A DNA stretch of 63,509 nucleotides, counting the filler, from Atractiella rhizophila (lineage: Eukaryota): the NCBI GenBank assembly GCA_021432655.1. It is 4 parts of 3 records of this genome, joined end to end, with 100 filler letters (N's around TTAATTAATTAA, not from the genome) between each part and the next. Parts side by side here need not be neighbours in the genome. Positions count along the whole stretch, not along the records: positions 27,419 to 39,176 come from MU271747.1; positions 39,277 to 51,472 come from MU271747.1; positions 51,573 to 63,509 come from MU271760.1; 1 more part is not named here. The stretch is one strand, 5' to 3'. The notes beneath the pieces are model-generated. The model saw only the letters and a list, made by a program, of their open reading frames with translations. It was not told where the DNA came from and made no database searches. Positions 38,955-51,574 of the stretch are shown here, piece after piece (position 1 is the first letter of the stretch; every line of letters begins with the position of its first letter). A program made the translations under genes and the position numbers.

Positions 38955-39857
38955 CTACTCTTCCTTTCCCTTCACAGCTTCTACGCTTCGTCCCGCATTC
39001 TCCCACCGTTCATTCCGTCCCGCATCTCTTCCAGGGACATATAGAACGCTCTTCCCACCAGGCGTCAAGTGCTGGATAAGATCGGAAGAGAAGGATTGGA
39101 GGCCGATTTGGAATGTGGGAGACGTGGTGAGGTGGAAGAAGAGGAGATACACGAGGTAAGAGACTGCGAGGGAGGANNNNNNNNNNNNNNNNNNNNNNNN
39201 NNNNNNNNNNNNNNNNNNNNTTAATTAATTAANNNNNNNNNNNNNNNNNNNNNNNNNNNNNNNNNNNNNNNNNNNNGAAGAGAAGGATTGGAGGCCGATT
39301 TGGAATGTGGGAGACGTGGTGAGGTGGAAGAAGAGGAGATACACGAGGTAAGAGACTGCGAGGGAGGAGGCGAGGAGGAAAGCGAGGAGGGACAGTAAGC
39401 TGAGGACGAGGATGAGAACGAAAGCTAGATCGATCGTCGGCCATGCATTCATTAGTATAATGAAGAGGAGACGAACATATAGCGCTAATCCATAGGGAGC
39501 TGACGATGATGGCCCAACCCGAAAGAGAGAGCGGTGATGAGCAAGCTTAGGGAAAGGAAGATGAAGAGCGGGACGATGGCGAGAGAGAGGAAGATGACGC
39601 TGAAGGTGGATGTGAGCGGATAATGGATGAATGCCGCTTTTGTCAATGCGGTCAAAGGGGGAAGGTAGTGTTCTTGAATACTGTGCGCGTCGCCATCCCC
39701 AACCCAGTGAATTCCCGTATTCGTGAAGTGAGCAACAGAAAGTAAGGAAAACTGACTATTGACGCCGCTCCGCAATGTACCCCTTCGCAGAATAAATCGT
39801 GTCCTGTGCATTGGTTAGGAGCGTATTGGCTCCATTCGAGACTTGGGTCGAATCCAT
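38955..39857 (-). CDS. Small hydrophobic-hairpin membrane protein, promethin/LDAF1-like
   Basis: Spliced MDSTQVSNG..ERRQY|IQEHYLPPL..YPLTSTFSVIFLSLAIVPLFIFLSLSLLITALSFGL..AFVLILVLSLLSLLAFLLASSLAVSYLVYLLFF. The family call is by resemblance only. Confidence 0.5.
39177..39276. other. Assembly gap linker; the flanking contigs overlap by 92 nt
   Basis: Same linker as at 27319. 39085-39176 is repeated at 39277-39368. Confidence 0.97.
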
Positions 39858-40941
39858 GACGCGTTTTGCTTTCTTTACCACGGTCAAGTTCTCAAGTCGA
39901 TTTCACGTGAAGCTGCCTCACCAAAAGGAGCGTTAGACAGTCTCTCTTCCCTTTCCATGTTTACAAGAATCCAGCCCTTTGATAACAAAACATATCAAAT
40001 ACTTACTCAAAATGCTTTGGAGTCCACAGCTCTGTGTTCTATCCAATTCCACCAAGCCAACTTCTGAATGCGTGAATGCAGACGCTATTGATGGCAAATC
40101 CCACGCGAGGTAGAGGTTTTTGTCCTGACGCAGATCAACTTTCAAGCGGATCAAGGGTTGATGCTTTGGGGAACAAATTGCCTAATGGAAGTGCAGGAGG
40201 ATGTTCAGAGGAAGCTGAGCAGGACGTCACTGTAGTGATAGCAAACTAGAGAAACAAACCAAAGCTGATGGCGATCCACAAGCAATAATAAGATGTTCCG
40301 AAATTTCAGCTTCGATACTGGGCCGCTTGGTGGATTACTTGGATACAGCTATGGCTAAACTCAATGAAGGCTCACACATCAGCTACTACTCGCTGTTGTT
40401 TCTCCTCAGCTCAGCTGAACGGGTCGAGGTCCTTCAGATATTTATTTGTTATCAGCGAAACAGCAGCACTAGCTTGAAGTGCATTATGCTAGAGTAACGA
40501 TTCATCGTCCACCTCCATCTTCTGTGCTCTCTAGCCAGAGCCTTCATGATGGCGCCGATTCCGCGGCTTCAAATAACATGCTCTCTCCACAGTTTGTTCA
40601 GGACGCAAGACGAGCTAGTCCAGTGTCCAGCGGGGTATCCCTCATGATAGGCGAAGATTGGCGCCTCGGCGTATGGCTGAGGCTTCAACATGATGTATGG
40701 ATTGCACCATGGAGGTGGGGGATAAACGGGGAGAAAGGATAAGAAGGAGAGGCGGCTGATGGATTGCATGACGACTGACCTGTGCGACTCGCTCCTGCCA
40801 GTCAACGCATCGCTCAGCCTGATCACGTACAAAAACTAGCTCCTCTTTATCGATAGTCATTTCAGCCCATCCATTCAATCCTCTATCTACCTCCCAATCA
40901 GCATCTGCTCGAACGAGCTCACTCCATAGTCCACAGTTGAG

Positions 40942-42588
40942 ATGTCGCCTTCACTCGCTTCCCTCCTCGCTATCTCCCTCCCAGCACTCATCTCCGCCTC
41001 ACCGCTCTTCTTCAACTCCTCTTCCGTCGGCCATCACCTGGACAAGCGCTCCGTCGCTGGCCCAGCTATCAATTCGAACTTCCCCGATCCTTCTCTCATC
41101 TGGGTCCCAAGTGAGAACTTGTGGTATGCGTACGGCACGGTGCGTTTCCCACCCTCCTCCTTCACAATAACGTGCTGATAAATCTTGGATAATTGACGGT
41201 GTAGAATGGGAACGGCAAAAACGTCCAAGTGGCAACTTCGACCAATTTCAACGCGTGGACCCTGCAAGGAAGCGTTGATGCCCTTCCTAATTCTGGAAGC
41301 TGGTCTGCGGGTAACGTTTGGGCACCCATGGTCGCCCAACTTGACAACGGACAATTTGTCATGGTTCGTCTTCACCTTCCCCGATACTCCTACTCTCTAC
41401 AGAAATATAACTGAATATTAACTTGATCGTGATGGGCAGTACTACGCAGCGACTTCCTCTTCGTGAGTCTCCCTTCCTCCCTCTCTTCCTTCCATTCTCA
41501 ACTATGTTTCTCATTCATAAAATGCTCATTGCGCCGCTGGGATAGTCTCAACACTCATTGCATCGGCGTTGCGACGTCCAGCACAGCTCGTGGACCGTAC
41601 ACCCCTCAATCTCAACCATGGGTCTGTCACGAGACGCAGGGAGGGTCAATCGACGCCGCCTTCCACCATCATCCCGATGGCACCAAGTGGGTTGTTTACA
41701 AGATTGACGGGAACTCTTTAGGCAATGGTGAGTTTAATTTTTTAAAAGAGGAGAATGCTAATACATTTCGATAGGCGGAACATGCAACAATGTGGGTTTA
41801 TCGAAATACTTCTTTGAAGAGAAGAGAGATTCTCACCCATCATGTGTTCGGACGAATAGGGTGTCCCTCCTTATAAGTCTACGCCGCTCATGCTCCAGCA
41901 AGTGAGCGCTGCAGATGGATTCACCAAGATTGGAGGAGAAACACAGGTGCTAGACAGGGATGACGGTACGCGACCTTCTTTTCCTGCTCCTCCAACGAAA
42001 TGAGACTGATGACGGCGCACCTTGACGTTGTCTTGTAGGTGATGGACCACTCATCGAAGCTCCCTCTCTCATTCACGTCAACGGAGTCTGGTTCCTGTTC
42101 TTCTCTTCCGGCTGTTACGCCGAAACTACGTACGCTTTCATTCCCATTCTGTGGCACAACTCGATGTTCATGATTCCCTTACAGATACGACTTGTCTTAC
42201 GCATATGCCACCAATGTCAAAGGCGAGTTAACCCATTCCTGATAGCGCGATTGGAAAGCTGAAGAAGGAACAGGACCTTATACCAAGAAAAGAGCACCCG
42301 TCGCGCCCACCTTGGTACGCATGCTCCAACTCGAATGCAAGAACCGTCAATATTAATCTTTCAATGCCTCATGACAGGTCACTGGCGATTACGGCCTTAA
42401 GGCTCCGGGGAGCGCTTGCTTTGCTAAGGATGGATCAAAAGTTGTCTTTCATGCTTTCCTCGGAAACGACATCAACTCTGGTAGGGGCATGTGGACGGGC
42501 GTACGTCCTCCTTTCGAGTTGATCCATACTCCACGTACTGACCTTGAGATAGATTCCAACCTTCTCTGGAACCGATGTGACATTGTAA
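40942..42588 (+). CDS. Secreted glycoside hydrolase family 43 (endo-arabinanase-like), many exons
   Basis: Signal peptide plus KR site, NFPDPS (catalytic Asp), VWAP, HCIGVATS..GPY, GGSIDA, KIDGNSLG, STPLMLQQV, PLIEAPSL (catalytic Glu) and LFFSSGCY. Confidence 0.92.
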
Positions 42589-42769
42589 ACTTGGACAGTT
42601 ATAAGCGATGACATCGATGAGAGCGAAGGAACTTCACATGTTGTGTGGAGCGCGAGAGCATTAGGTCTTGTACATGTATTGATTGATGGAAACAAATCTG
42701 AAAGTACCAACTTTGTAGTGCTCTTTCTTATAACGACTGTAAGAACTCGGTCGACGATACGAATCCTGC

Positions 42770-43890
42770 CGTTTCATGGGAAGCATTTGAAATGCTGGCA
42801 CAAAAGATCATTTGGTTTGCATCAAAGCATCAAAGCAGGGGTAACATACCATAATATAACAGAGCCTGCAAAATTCCTCGTATTCAGGATGTCTTTTGCA
42901 GTCCTGCGCGAAGTGTGGAGTGATTTCGGCTGGTCGAATGAAGATATCGTTGCCCAGTCTCCCCATCAGTCTCTTAGGAACCTCAACGTTGTAAACCACC
43001 GCGTTTTCGTCAAAAAAATCCTTTTTATAATTAGCGTCCCGACAATTTCCAATGAAGAATGCCATCCCTTTCACCCATTCGGTCCAATCTCTATCCAATA
43101 ACACCTCTACTCCATCCTTCCACACGGTTGGGTACTTCGCTTGGGGAAGAATGATAAGCTGACTGGGATCGGTGCGAGCAGCAGTGATCGCGGGAACGAT
43201 TTCGAGACGCGTTTTGGTGCCACTTTGAATTTCGACCTTGATAAATGTATCTTCCCGTTTTTGACTCAAGGTGAACCATCCTGGCCGATTTGGATAACTT
43301 CTGATTCGCTTCGAGTGTGGATCATGAGTTAGGGGCAACTCCTGAATGCTGTTCGAGTACTAAAAATAAGGTGAAAGATTGTCAAAATTTATGACATGTT
43401 TACCTCGACTTCCATGGCCATTCGCATACCATCTCTCAGTAGATAAAAAGCTAATGAATCTGGCTTCTCCCCGTGAGGATGATCTCGAACCTGGCAAGGA
43501 TTACCTGTTTCGTATAGATTCCTACAAATGCTTTCAATCTGAAGAGAGACGTCAATCTTGTTCATGAAACCCTGTAACTCTGATGCAAGCAGCTGTGGAT
43601 CAGTGAGTTCTGTATCTGCGAAGTCCATTTTTGGGAGTTCTTCAATCCCTTACTCGTTAAGATTGTTCTTAAGGCAGGCGCAAGAGACACAAGTAACGCG
43701 TCTTGCGGTGATACCATATCGATGCGGAGCGACGCGCCAGGCGTAATCTACCCTTGCATATCCGAGAGCAACGCAACTCATGACGTGGCCTTCGCTGCAG
43801 AATCCAGTTGAGAATTGTTTTTAGGCCACCACAACCCGATCTTTGGTACACGTTCCTCCTGTAGACGCTCCTGTGTTCCAACTACCTAAG
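42770..43890 (-). pseudogene. Degenerate gene of unknown family
   Basis: Protein-like 79-aa and 176-aa segments are separated by a probable intron. The upstream continuation (43630-43890) carries in-frame TGA/TAG stops and a frameshift. Confidence 0.35.
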
Positions 43891-45410
43891 AGTTGCGTCG
43901 CGTCCGCTCATTGGGTTACTGGGTACAAAACCTGGGTTTTCCTGCTCTCCACCTGACGCATCATGAATGTGAGTTACTCAAACTCCTTGAGAGCCGCGAG
44001 CAATCCACAGGGGGTGGACCTAGAATCGGCTGGTCGATGGGTTAAAAGAACGGGCAAGAAACCCTCGAAATGATGAGAGATAAGAGAAGCAGCTCACAAT
44101 GCAAGAGTCAAGCGAAAATACGTACAAAGTTTTCGAGAGGTTCCTTGAGGGACATCAGGGACAACTGGATGAGATCTTCCTCCAATTGGCATTCAGAAGT
44201 ACGTATATCTAGACCGATACCCCCAAGCTAAAAATCTGAGCAGATTCGAACTTATTCAGTTCAGTTCAGGCAGCGGTCAACGGCGCAGCCAACCTAGTCG
44301 CTGAATTCACTGCTTCCGTGAGTGCTCCCATCGGTTCATTTTTCATTATTTACGAACGAGATGCAGAATATGGCCAGCGGTTCCGCTGCACCGGTGAGAT
44401 AATCCCTTGAGAAACCACCAGTCTGATATTTAGTTCAGGCAAGCCAATATCAGGGGCAACACAGTAATCGCAGAATGTAAAATCAGGTTACTGCTAGATT
44501 CTAGGGAGTTCTGATGCACATGAATTGCATGGTCGCTGTATCTCAATTTCTCAGATCTCAGAAGAGACAGCCAGCTTCTAAGCCGCACATATTAGAATTT
44601 GAGAGCTTCAGCCCGAATTGCAGCTTCTATTCAGTGTCTAAATATCTCTCAAAGTTTGGAAGGACGGGATAGACAGGCATCGCCCGTGATTTCATTGAAT
44701 GAATCAAAGCATGACGCTTTCTTGAGCATGTGACAGACTGCTGCATAGTTTTATCTTGTTTCAGAAAGAGGAAGGAACTGTTAGCTCCTGCCACGAACCA
44801 TACTTACGAATCCATGGACCCGCCGCCCAGACAGGACGGAAGATTTCACATATTTAGAGAGCTGTGGTAAGCATCCTCAGTATGAAGGACCGAGAAATAT
44901 TGCCCTTCTCAGGTCCGTCTCTTTCGTCAACGTCGATTTTCTGACAGGATAGGATTTGAAGGCAACTCATTCAAAAACGTCAAGGAAAATTACTTTGAGA
45001 GTTAGTCAGATTAAATAACGAAGTCGATCATGAAAGAGCTCCCAAAGTTGTATTGACCGGAAAAAAAGTTCACATTGCAGGTTTGCAGCTTGAGTTCTTC
45101 GCACGGACAATTCGATACCATTTAACAGCAAGCAGGGAGAAAGGCTTTGAGAGATCTTGAACCAACTCACTCGTTCTACCCTATTAGTATGCATAAGTGT
45201 CCTTCTGTCCTCTCTGGCTGGTCGAGTGACCACCTTTGAGCAGAGCACGTGACTCTGAAAATTTGGCCGTTCATTTCCAACCCACCAAAACCACCCAACG
45301 CTTGACCCAAAGCACACTTCTACTACTTCTCTTTTCTTTGGTATGTCGCGATATTCTCACGTAGTGGCTTGGGCGAGCTAACTGAGTACATTGTACCTTC
45401 CAGTCCCAGA

Positions 45411-47173
45411 ATGTTGCGGCTTGTACCACGAAGAGTTGCATATTTGAGGAAGGAGTTTAACGCCAGGAATGCTGTTCGAGGTACGTTTTTCTCAGTTTTG
45501 GTGTGCACATGGGAGAGGGCGTTCCTTTGAAAGGGACCGCTAGCCTTGCCAGCTTCTGGTTTGCATTGCCCCAACGAAACAGTATGCTGATGCACACGTA
45601 TTACTTTGCACCACAGGCTTCCACTCTTCACAAGGCGCCATGGCGCTGTCAAAATTCTCTATGCCGTCCATGTCGCCTACGATGACGGAAGGTGGCATTT
45701 CGCAATGGAAGAAGAAGGAGGGAGAGTCATTCACTGCTGGTGATGTTCTGCTCGAAATTGAGACGGACAAGGCCACAATGGATGTTGAGGCCCAGGATGA
45801 CGGCGTCGTCGCGAAGATCATCGTGAGCGTCTCCTGTTCGAGCGTAAATGGGAATATACTTAATTTGAACTTGGAATGTGGAATAGGTGGATGGAGGAGC
45901 CAAGAATGTTCAAGTTGGTTCTGCTATTGCCATTTTGGCTGAGGAGGGCGACGAAATCAACGCGTCAGAGGTCGACGCTCTCGTCAAAGAAGCCAAGTCA
46001 TCGGCGCCATCTTCTTCCGAGGCACCAAAAAAGGAGGAGGCTCCTCCGGCACCAGAGCCTGAGAAGCCTTCACCTTCAAAAGCAGAGTCAGCTCCCTCCC
46101 AACCTGCTCCATCGACCTCCGACAAGCCCGCCGACCGAATTTTTGCTTCTCCAGTGGCCAGGAAGATCGCTCAGGAGAAAGGAATCCCCCTTTCGCAAGT
46201 CAAGGGAACCGGACCGAACGGCCGTATAATTAAGGAGGATGTCGTGAACTTCAAGCCTTCGGCTACATCTCCTTCTGCCGCTGCCGCGGCACCCAAGTCT
46301 GCACCTGCTCCTCCTCCAGCCGCCCCGGCAGATACATACGTCGACATTCCCCTCAGTGGAATGCGCAAGGTTATCGCCCAAAGGCTATCGGAGTCTATGC
46401 AGTCCACACCGCACTATTACCTAACGGCAGAGATCAAGATGGACCGCATCATCAAGCTTAGGGAGGTCTTTAACAATGCGGCGAAGGAAGCTGGCGAGGG
46501 AAAGAAGAAGGAGGGAGTGCAAGGAGGGCTCAAGCTCTCTGTCAATGACTTCATTGTTAAAGGTGCAGCTTTGGCCCTCCAAGATGTCCCCGAGGTCAAT
46601 TCAGCATGGTATGGTGACTTCATCCGACAGTAAGTGGCGTCTTGCATTCTCACTTGGATGAAAAGATGAACCTTTCCATTGCAGGCACAAGAAAGTCGAC
46701 ATTTCTATGGCCGTTGCTACACCCACTGGTCTCATCACTCCCATCATCACGGACGTCGGCTCCAAAGGTCTCTCCACTATCTCCTCTCTGTCGAAATCTC
46801 TGGCCGTCAAAGCTCGGGAAGGGAAGCTCCAGCAGCACGAATATCAGGGTGGAACATTTACGATTTCGAACCTTGGAATGTTCGGCAGTATTTCCCACTT
46901 CACCGCTATCATCAACCCTCCGTCCAGTTGTATCCTTGCCATCGGTGAGACTGAGCGAAAGGTGGTTGAAGCAGAAGATGAGCCGAGCGGATTCAAGGCT
47001 ATCAGTGTGATGAAAGTCACAATGAGCTGTGATCATAGGGTTGTCGATGGCGCTGTGGGAGCACGGTGGATGAAGTCATTCAAAGATTACATGGAGAACG
47101 TATGTCATTTCTGCGTATGATCTCCTCCAAGTCAACTGACACCTCGAACTAGCCATTCACCTTCATACTATAA
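45411..47173 (+). CDS. LAT1: Pyruvate dehydrogenase E2, dihydrolipoamide acetyltransferase
   Basis: Arg-rich presequence, lipoyl domain [18 protein letters not shown]3-binding [22 protein letters not shown], and catalytic [11 protein letters not shown] and DHRVVDG. Confidence 0.97.
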
Positions 47174-47444
47174 TTGGACGACTTGATTACTTCTACTTGA
47201 CCTTTTTATTCCGCCATCAAAAGGGATCGCATCTCGCTATACCTTCTGTATTAGAGGCTAATATTTGCAATTTGTCTCTTGCAAACCACCTCTCTTCTCC
47301 CGTGACATCCAATTAGGGAAGTTAACCTGCAAAGCCACAGCCTTCCATCTTTTGGTACACGCGAACAAGATCTTATTCACTCTAATGATGAGCTCGTTCC
47401 GAGTCTATCCATCACATTTTAAACGTAAACGATGGAGCGTTGGT

Positions 47445-47640
47445 GCCAACTACAATGGCGTTAGTGATCTGAGGAGGCTGGTAGAGGAAACGCGTAAATT
47501 CGACTCTCGCTATTTGAACAAGTTGATGGGAGGCACGCCTGAGGAGTACCACAAATGTAGAAAGACAGAAGCCCAATTTTCAAACGTAGAGAGCATCAAC
47601 GGGTCATTACTTTGCTCCAGGGGTTGGAAGACAAGGAGAG
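47445..47640 (+). pseudogene. Remnant of an S9 (prolyl oligopeptidase/dipeptidyl peptidase) family gene
   Basis: GVSDLRRLVEETRKFDSRYLNKLMGGTPEE resembles the S9C GxSDL..THKFES.YL..L.G segment. A frameshifted LLQGLEDK motif follows. No nucleophile elbow was seen. Confidence 0.6.
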
Positions 47641-48504
47641 CTTTCTCGCCTTCCCTTTTAACGCGACAAATCTGCAGGGCACAATGAGGTCATCCTCAAC
47701 CTAGTCTTGAGATGAGAGACTCTCTGAAATCTGGAGGGATAATAGTGGCGCTGTCCCTCTTCAAGCTTCGTGTTGCTCTTCTGTTATAACATACAAGTGT
47801 GTCAGAGGCCTTCGTCCCTCACTCGCAAGGGGCATGGCCCCTTGAACCCGACTGTGACTGTTCTGTGGGTTAGAGTCCAGTATGAAACGATTTTTTTTAC
47901 CCCCTTCAGAACAAAATTTCCTCGCTGCTTCAGAAAGGCGCAAGCATATGCAGTAATATGGTGTAATTCATTTCGTTCCAACGTGCCTGCTGAGGGAGGT
48001 ATGAACGCTCAAAAGTGCGTTTTATGACTCATGCCAACAATGGATGGCTTTTAGAGGTAAGGAAAAACTGACTTGTGAAGGGTTTGCGCATTTGCATCGC
48101 AGGCGAGAGACACAGGTTCAGCATGAAGGAGAACGCGACTACCCAATGTCACAGAAACCAATTTTTACCGTTCCGCTTGAGGCATGGAAGCTGAGAAGGA
48201 TATGAGACTTATTCGCAGAGTAAGTCGACCCTGCTCGGAAGTCAAAGCATCGTGTTCAGATAATCGTTCGGTTTAATAGGCGATTTCAACGGCTTGTGTT
48301 GTGCGAAAGGTGTAATGTTGGTCCAGTGAAGCTTTTTTAAATGACAATAGCATTGTCATGGGCTGAGTAGAGTAACATAGGCGAGGATGCAGAGGTCTAC
48401 ACACAATGACTCTCCCTACGCGGGCCGTTTGCGTACCAGTCGAAACAATCCCACACTCGAAAGAAAGGCTATTGAGAACCTATGCAGAAAGCAACCTCAA
48501 TCGT

Positions 48505-49507
48505 CTAACCTTGAAATTGGGGAAAGTCGTACCAAGTGGCAGCATACGTTGCATGCATGTTTCTAAGTTCGATTGAGGGTGGGCGACCCAAAGGGACTCC
48601 GTGATTTCTTCGATAGTTGACGTCGCCTGCATTTCCCTCTGATCCATCAACAAAACATCTGGTCAACCTCAGACAACCAAAGTCTATCGATGGAACACGG
48701 ACCAAAAATTTCGTCAACGAGCACTGATTGAGTCCCGAGATGTCGCGCCATTTCTTCTTGGTCAGGAAAAACCCATTGACCTTTCTCTGGCACGTTTACT
48801 GGCGTAAAGTAGTTCTTTGGGACAGGAGCTCTGAGCATTCCTATCACCTCCACCTTCGCATCCGTCTTACTTCCATCCTCAAGTCAGCTCATCCTCTGAT
48901 TCTGAAAAACGAGAGGAAGGAAAAGTGAAGGGAAGGGTGGCCGTACCTCGCCATTCCTCGTACTTCGATCTGAAAATTCATCCCATATCCATCCCCTGTT
49001 AACGATAACCTTTGTCCCATCCTCCTTCACAAACGGCGTGAAAACGTGCCAAATCAACTTTCCGTCCTTCCCCTTCGGTCCAACCAATATCTCTTTTTCG
49101 TGCTCAAACCTCCCCTCTAGTCGGACCTTCCTCCATGCAAAGTCCGGTATGCGTTCCACATTCACTTGCGCAGGTAAACGCATTGGAGGTAGAGAGAGTG
49201 CCTCCTCCACATGTGCTATCAGGTCAAGCTTCCATTGTAGCCGCTGCAGTTGCCAAATACCGAGACAAGTTGTAGCTATTGGGATGAGTGTCAAAATGAG
49301 AGTAGCGACCGAAATTCGGCGTGGTGCGTTTTGGAAAGGATTTGGTGCACCAGCAACATCCGTCGTGGCATAGCCCCGTCGAGATAAAGGTGTAGGTACC
49401 CGTACGGATCGAAAGTGAGCAGAGTGGGAGAAGAAAGGACGGGTGAAAGAGTTCGACTGCCGAGAGGTATGTTGTAGCCGGGATGCAAGTCTCGGTAGGA
49501 TGGACAT
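48505..49507 (-). CDS. SHY1: Cytochrome c oxidase assembly factor SURF1/Shy1
   Basis: LGIWQLQRLQWKLDLI, WRKVRLEGRFEHEKE, VIVNRGWI, FTPVNVPEKGQW and ELRNMHATYAATWY. Confidence 0.95.
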
Positions 49508-50169
49508 CTTGCGATTGAGCGAAAGCGCAAGGAGATCTACCAGTCCAATAATCTCTTCAGAACACACGCTGAGCACGAAGGTACTCACCGCTGAGCGCTA
49601 GAAATGGCGTCTTAATGCCTACTAGGTTAGACCGCAAGTTTCCCTCAACCCTTTCAATGTAGCTCATCATTATAGTCCGTTAGCAAATAGAAGTGCTTAC
49701 GTGTTATGGTTCACTGATCAATAGAAGTGAAAAACAATCACGTCCTATTCGACAAGGACGAAACAATCTGCCGCATTTTCAAGACGTCACGTGCTGTATT
49801 TCAAGAAATTTGGATACGAACAAAGAAGAGGAGACGTGACGCTGTGACAAGGGTAGGGAGAGTGAGCAGGGTATTTTTATCCTCGTGGCTATGGGGTCCC
49901 AAGTGAGTCGGTTCTATCGGCTTCATCTGTGTATTCGATATCTACGCATAACAGGCACTCTGAACGAATTTAATGATGAACTATCTTAGAAGCTCGTCTG
50001 CATACTCTCAAGCAACATATTGATCAATCAATATTTATGAAGTACCCAACGAATAAATGCCCCAAATATGTGAAAGAAGGAAAGCAACGCATTGTTCAAG
50101 TTCTTTGTCTCAGACAAGAAACACAATCCATGCATAGCGTTAAGGAAGGGAATTAAGAAAGGAATGGTT

Positions 50170-51155
50170 CATTTGTTCGAGGGCGACGGGTTCTTCTTTT
50201 TTCCTGCATTATGTTTCGGTTTCACCCCAGCCTTCTTCTTTACCGTTCTGCTGAGATGTGCCTTGGTTCTTTTGCGTTCTTTTTCCCCATGATGTTAACT
50301 TGTCATGACGAAGAAGGTTGAGGAATTGAACGCACTAATTGTCACGTCTTGCACCTTAACTTCTGCCTCGAAGAGCTGTCTCAAGGTCTCAAAACCCTTG
50401 TGGTTTCGCCTACAATTCGGCTGGCATGTCGTTAAGAAGTGCTCGCGGATGGCTGCGCGTCGATTAAACTTCCCCCCTCTTCCAATGTCGTCTGAGCGAT
50501 CGGGTTCTCCACTTCTAATGAAAGATGGGTCGAAGCTGGTGAGGCGACAATTGCCAAAATATGCAAGGACTCCCATGAGCCACGGATCCCTGCCGTACAT
50601 ATTCGGGTACACAATCGTCATGTCATCCGATCCTCGCTTCCCGCTCCACATCAAGACCTGCGGGAAGTCTTCCCGAGAGAGCTTGACGTTCTTCCAACCC
50701 TCTGAAGTGTGCAGACTTTCGACATATTCTTCCTCCCTGATGATGAAAAACCCGGACCTCTCAACTCGCACAAAGAAGTCCCACACCGCCTTCCGAACTT
50801 CTACAAAGCCTCGCTCCCTCTCATACGTCCGCAGCGTGTATCGCTTTTGGGCAGTAGAGAGCGGTAGGGATCGAAGTGGAGGTGCAGGTGGTGTGTGAAC
50901 GATGGACGGGCTAGGCATATGGAGTGTGGGAGGAGGAGACGAGTTGTAACTGGGAGGAGACGAGACCGTGGATGATACCCGTCCAACTTGTCCATACTCT
51001 TGCTCCAACGAGTCGGTTTCGGGTTCAAAGGCTTGAAAGGGTACGTTGACATTCTGGTGCTGAACATCTTGCACCCAGGAGCCGAAGATCCCGTCGAGCA
51101 CTTTAGCCACATTAGTCACCCATAGTGGTTTGTGGAAGATGCTTTCATACCACAA
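50170..51155 (-). CDS. Hypothetical protein (main exon of at least 286 aa)
   Basis: Long ORF with a Pro/Ser linker and a globular-looking C-terminal part. Probable upstream intron and a Lys-rich last exon. No family recognised. Confidence 0.5.
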
Positions 51156-51472
51156 ATCCTCTCGACATGAACCTCAGTCGAGTCGACTGGCATCTGGTCT
51201 AGAGTCCCAGAAGATGGAAGAAGATCATCTGTGACACTGTAGAGCTTTCAGTTCCTTTGACAATACGGAAAAGCTAGAGTCTCATTGGATGTGCAAGCGG
51301 GAAGCCAACGTACATGTAACAATCGAACAAATCGCTGACCTGCATATTTCTCCTCGGGCTTACAGTAAACTTGCTTGGATTGCTCTGCTCAGCTGGGACA
51401 AAATAAAGGAGTCTATGTCTTTATGAAGGCAGTTGATGGCCAGGGACCACAAATCGTCGCCTCAAATCTATC

Positions 51473-51572
51473 NNNNNNNNNNNNNNNNNNNNNNNNNNNN
51501 NNNNNNNNNNNNNNNNTTAATTAATTAANNNNNNNNNNNNNNNNNNNNNNNNNNNNNNNNNNNNNNNNNNNN
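51473..51572. other. Assembly gap linker
   Basis: N44-TTAATTAATTAA-N44; it cuts off the 5' end of the retrotransposon. Confidence 0.98.
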
Positions 51573-51574
51573 AT

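Noticed and set aside
39085..39368. 92-nt direct repeat flanking a gap
   Set aside because: Unmerged contig overlap; merging it restores one continuous exon.
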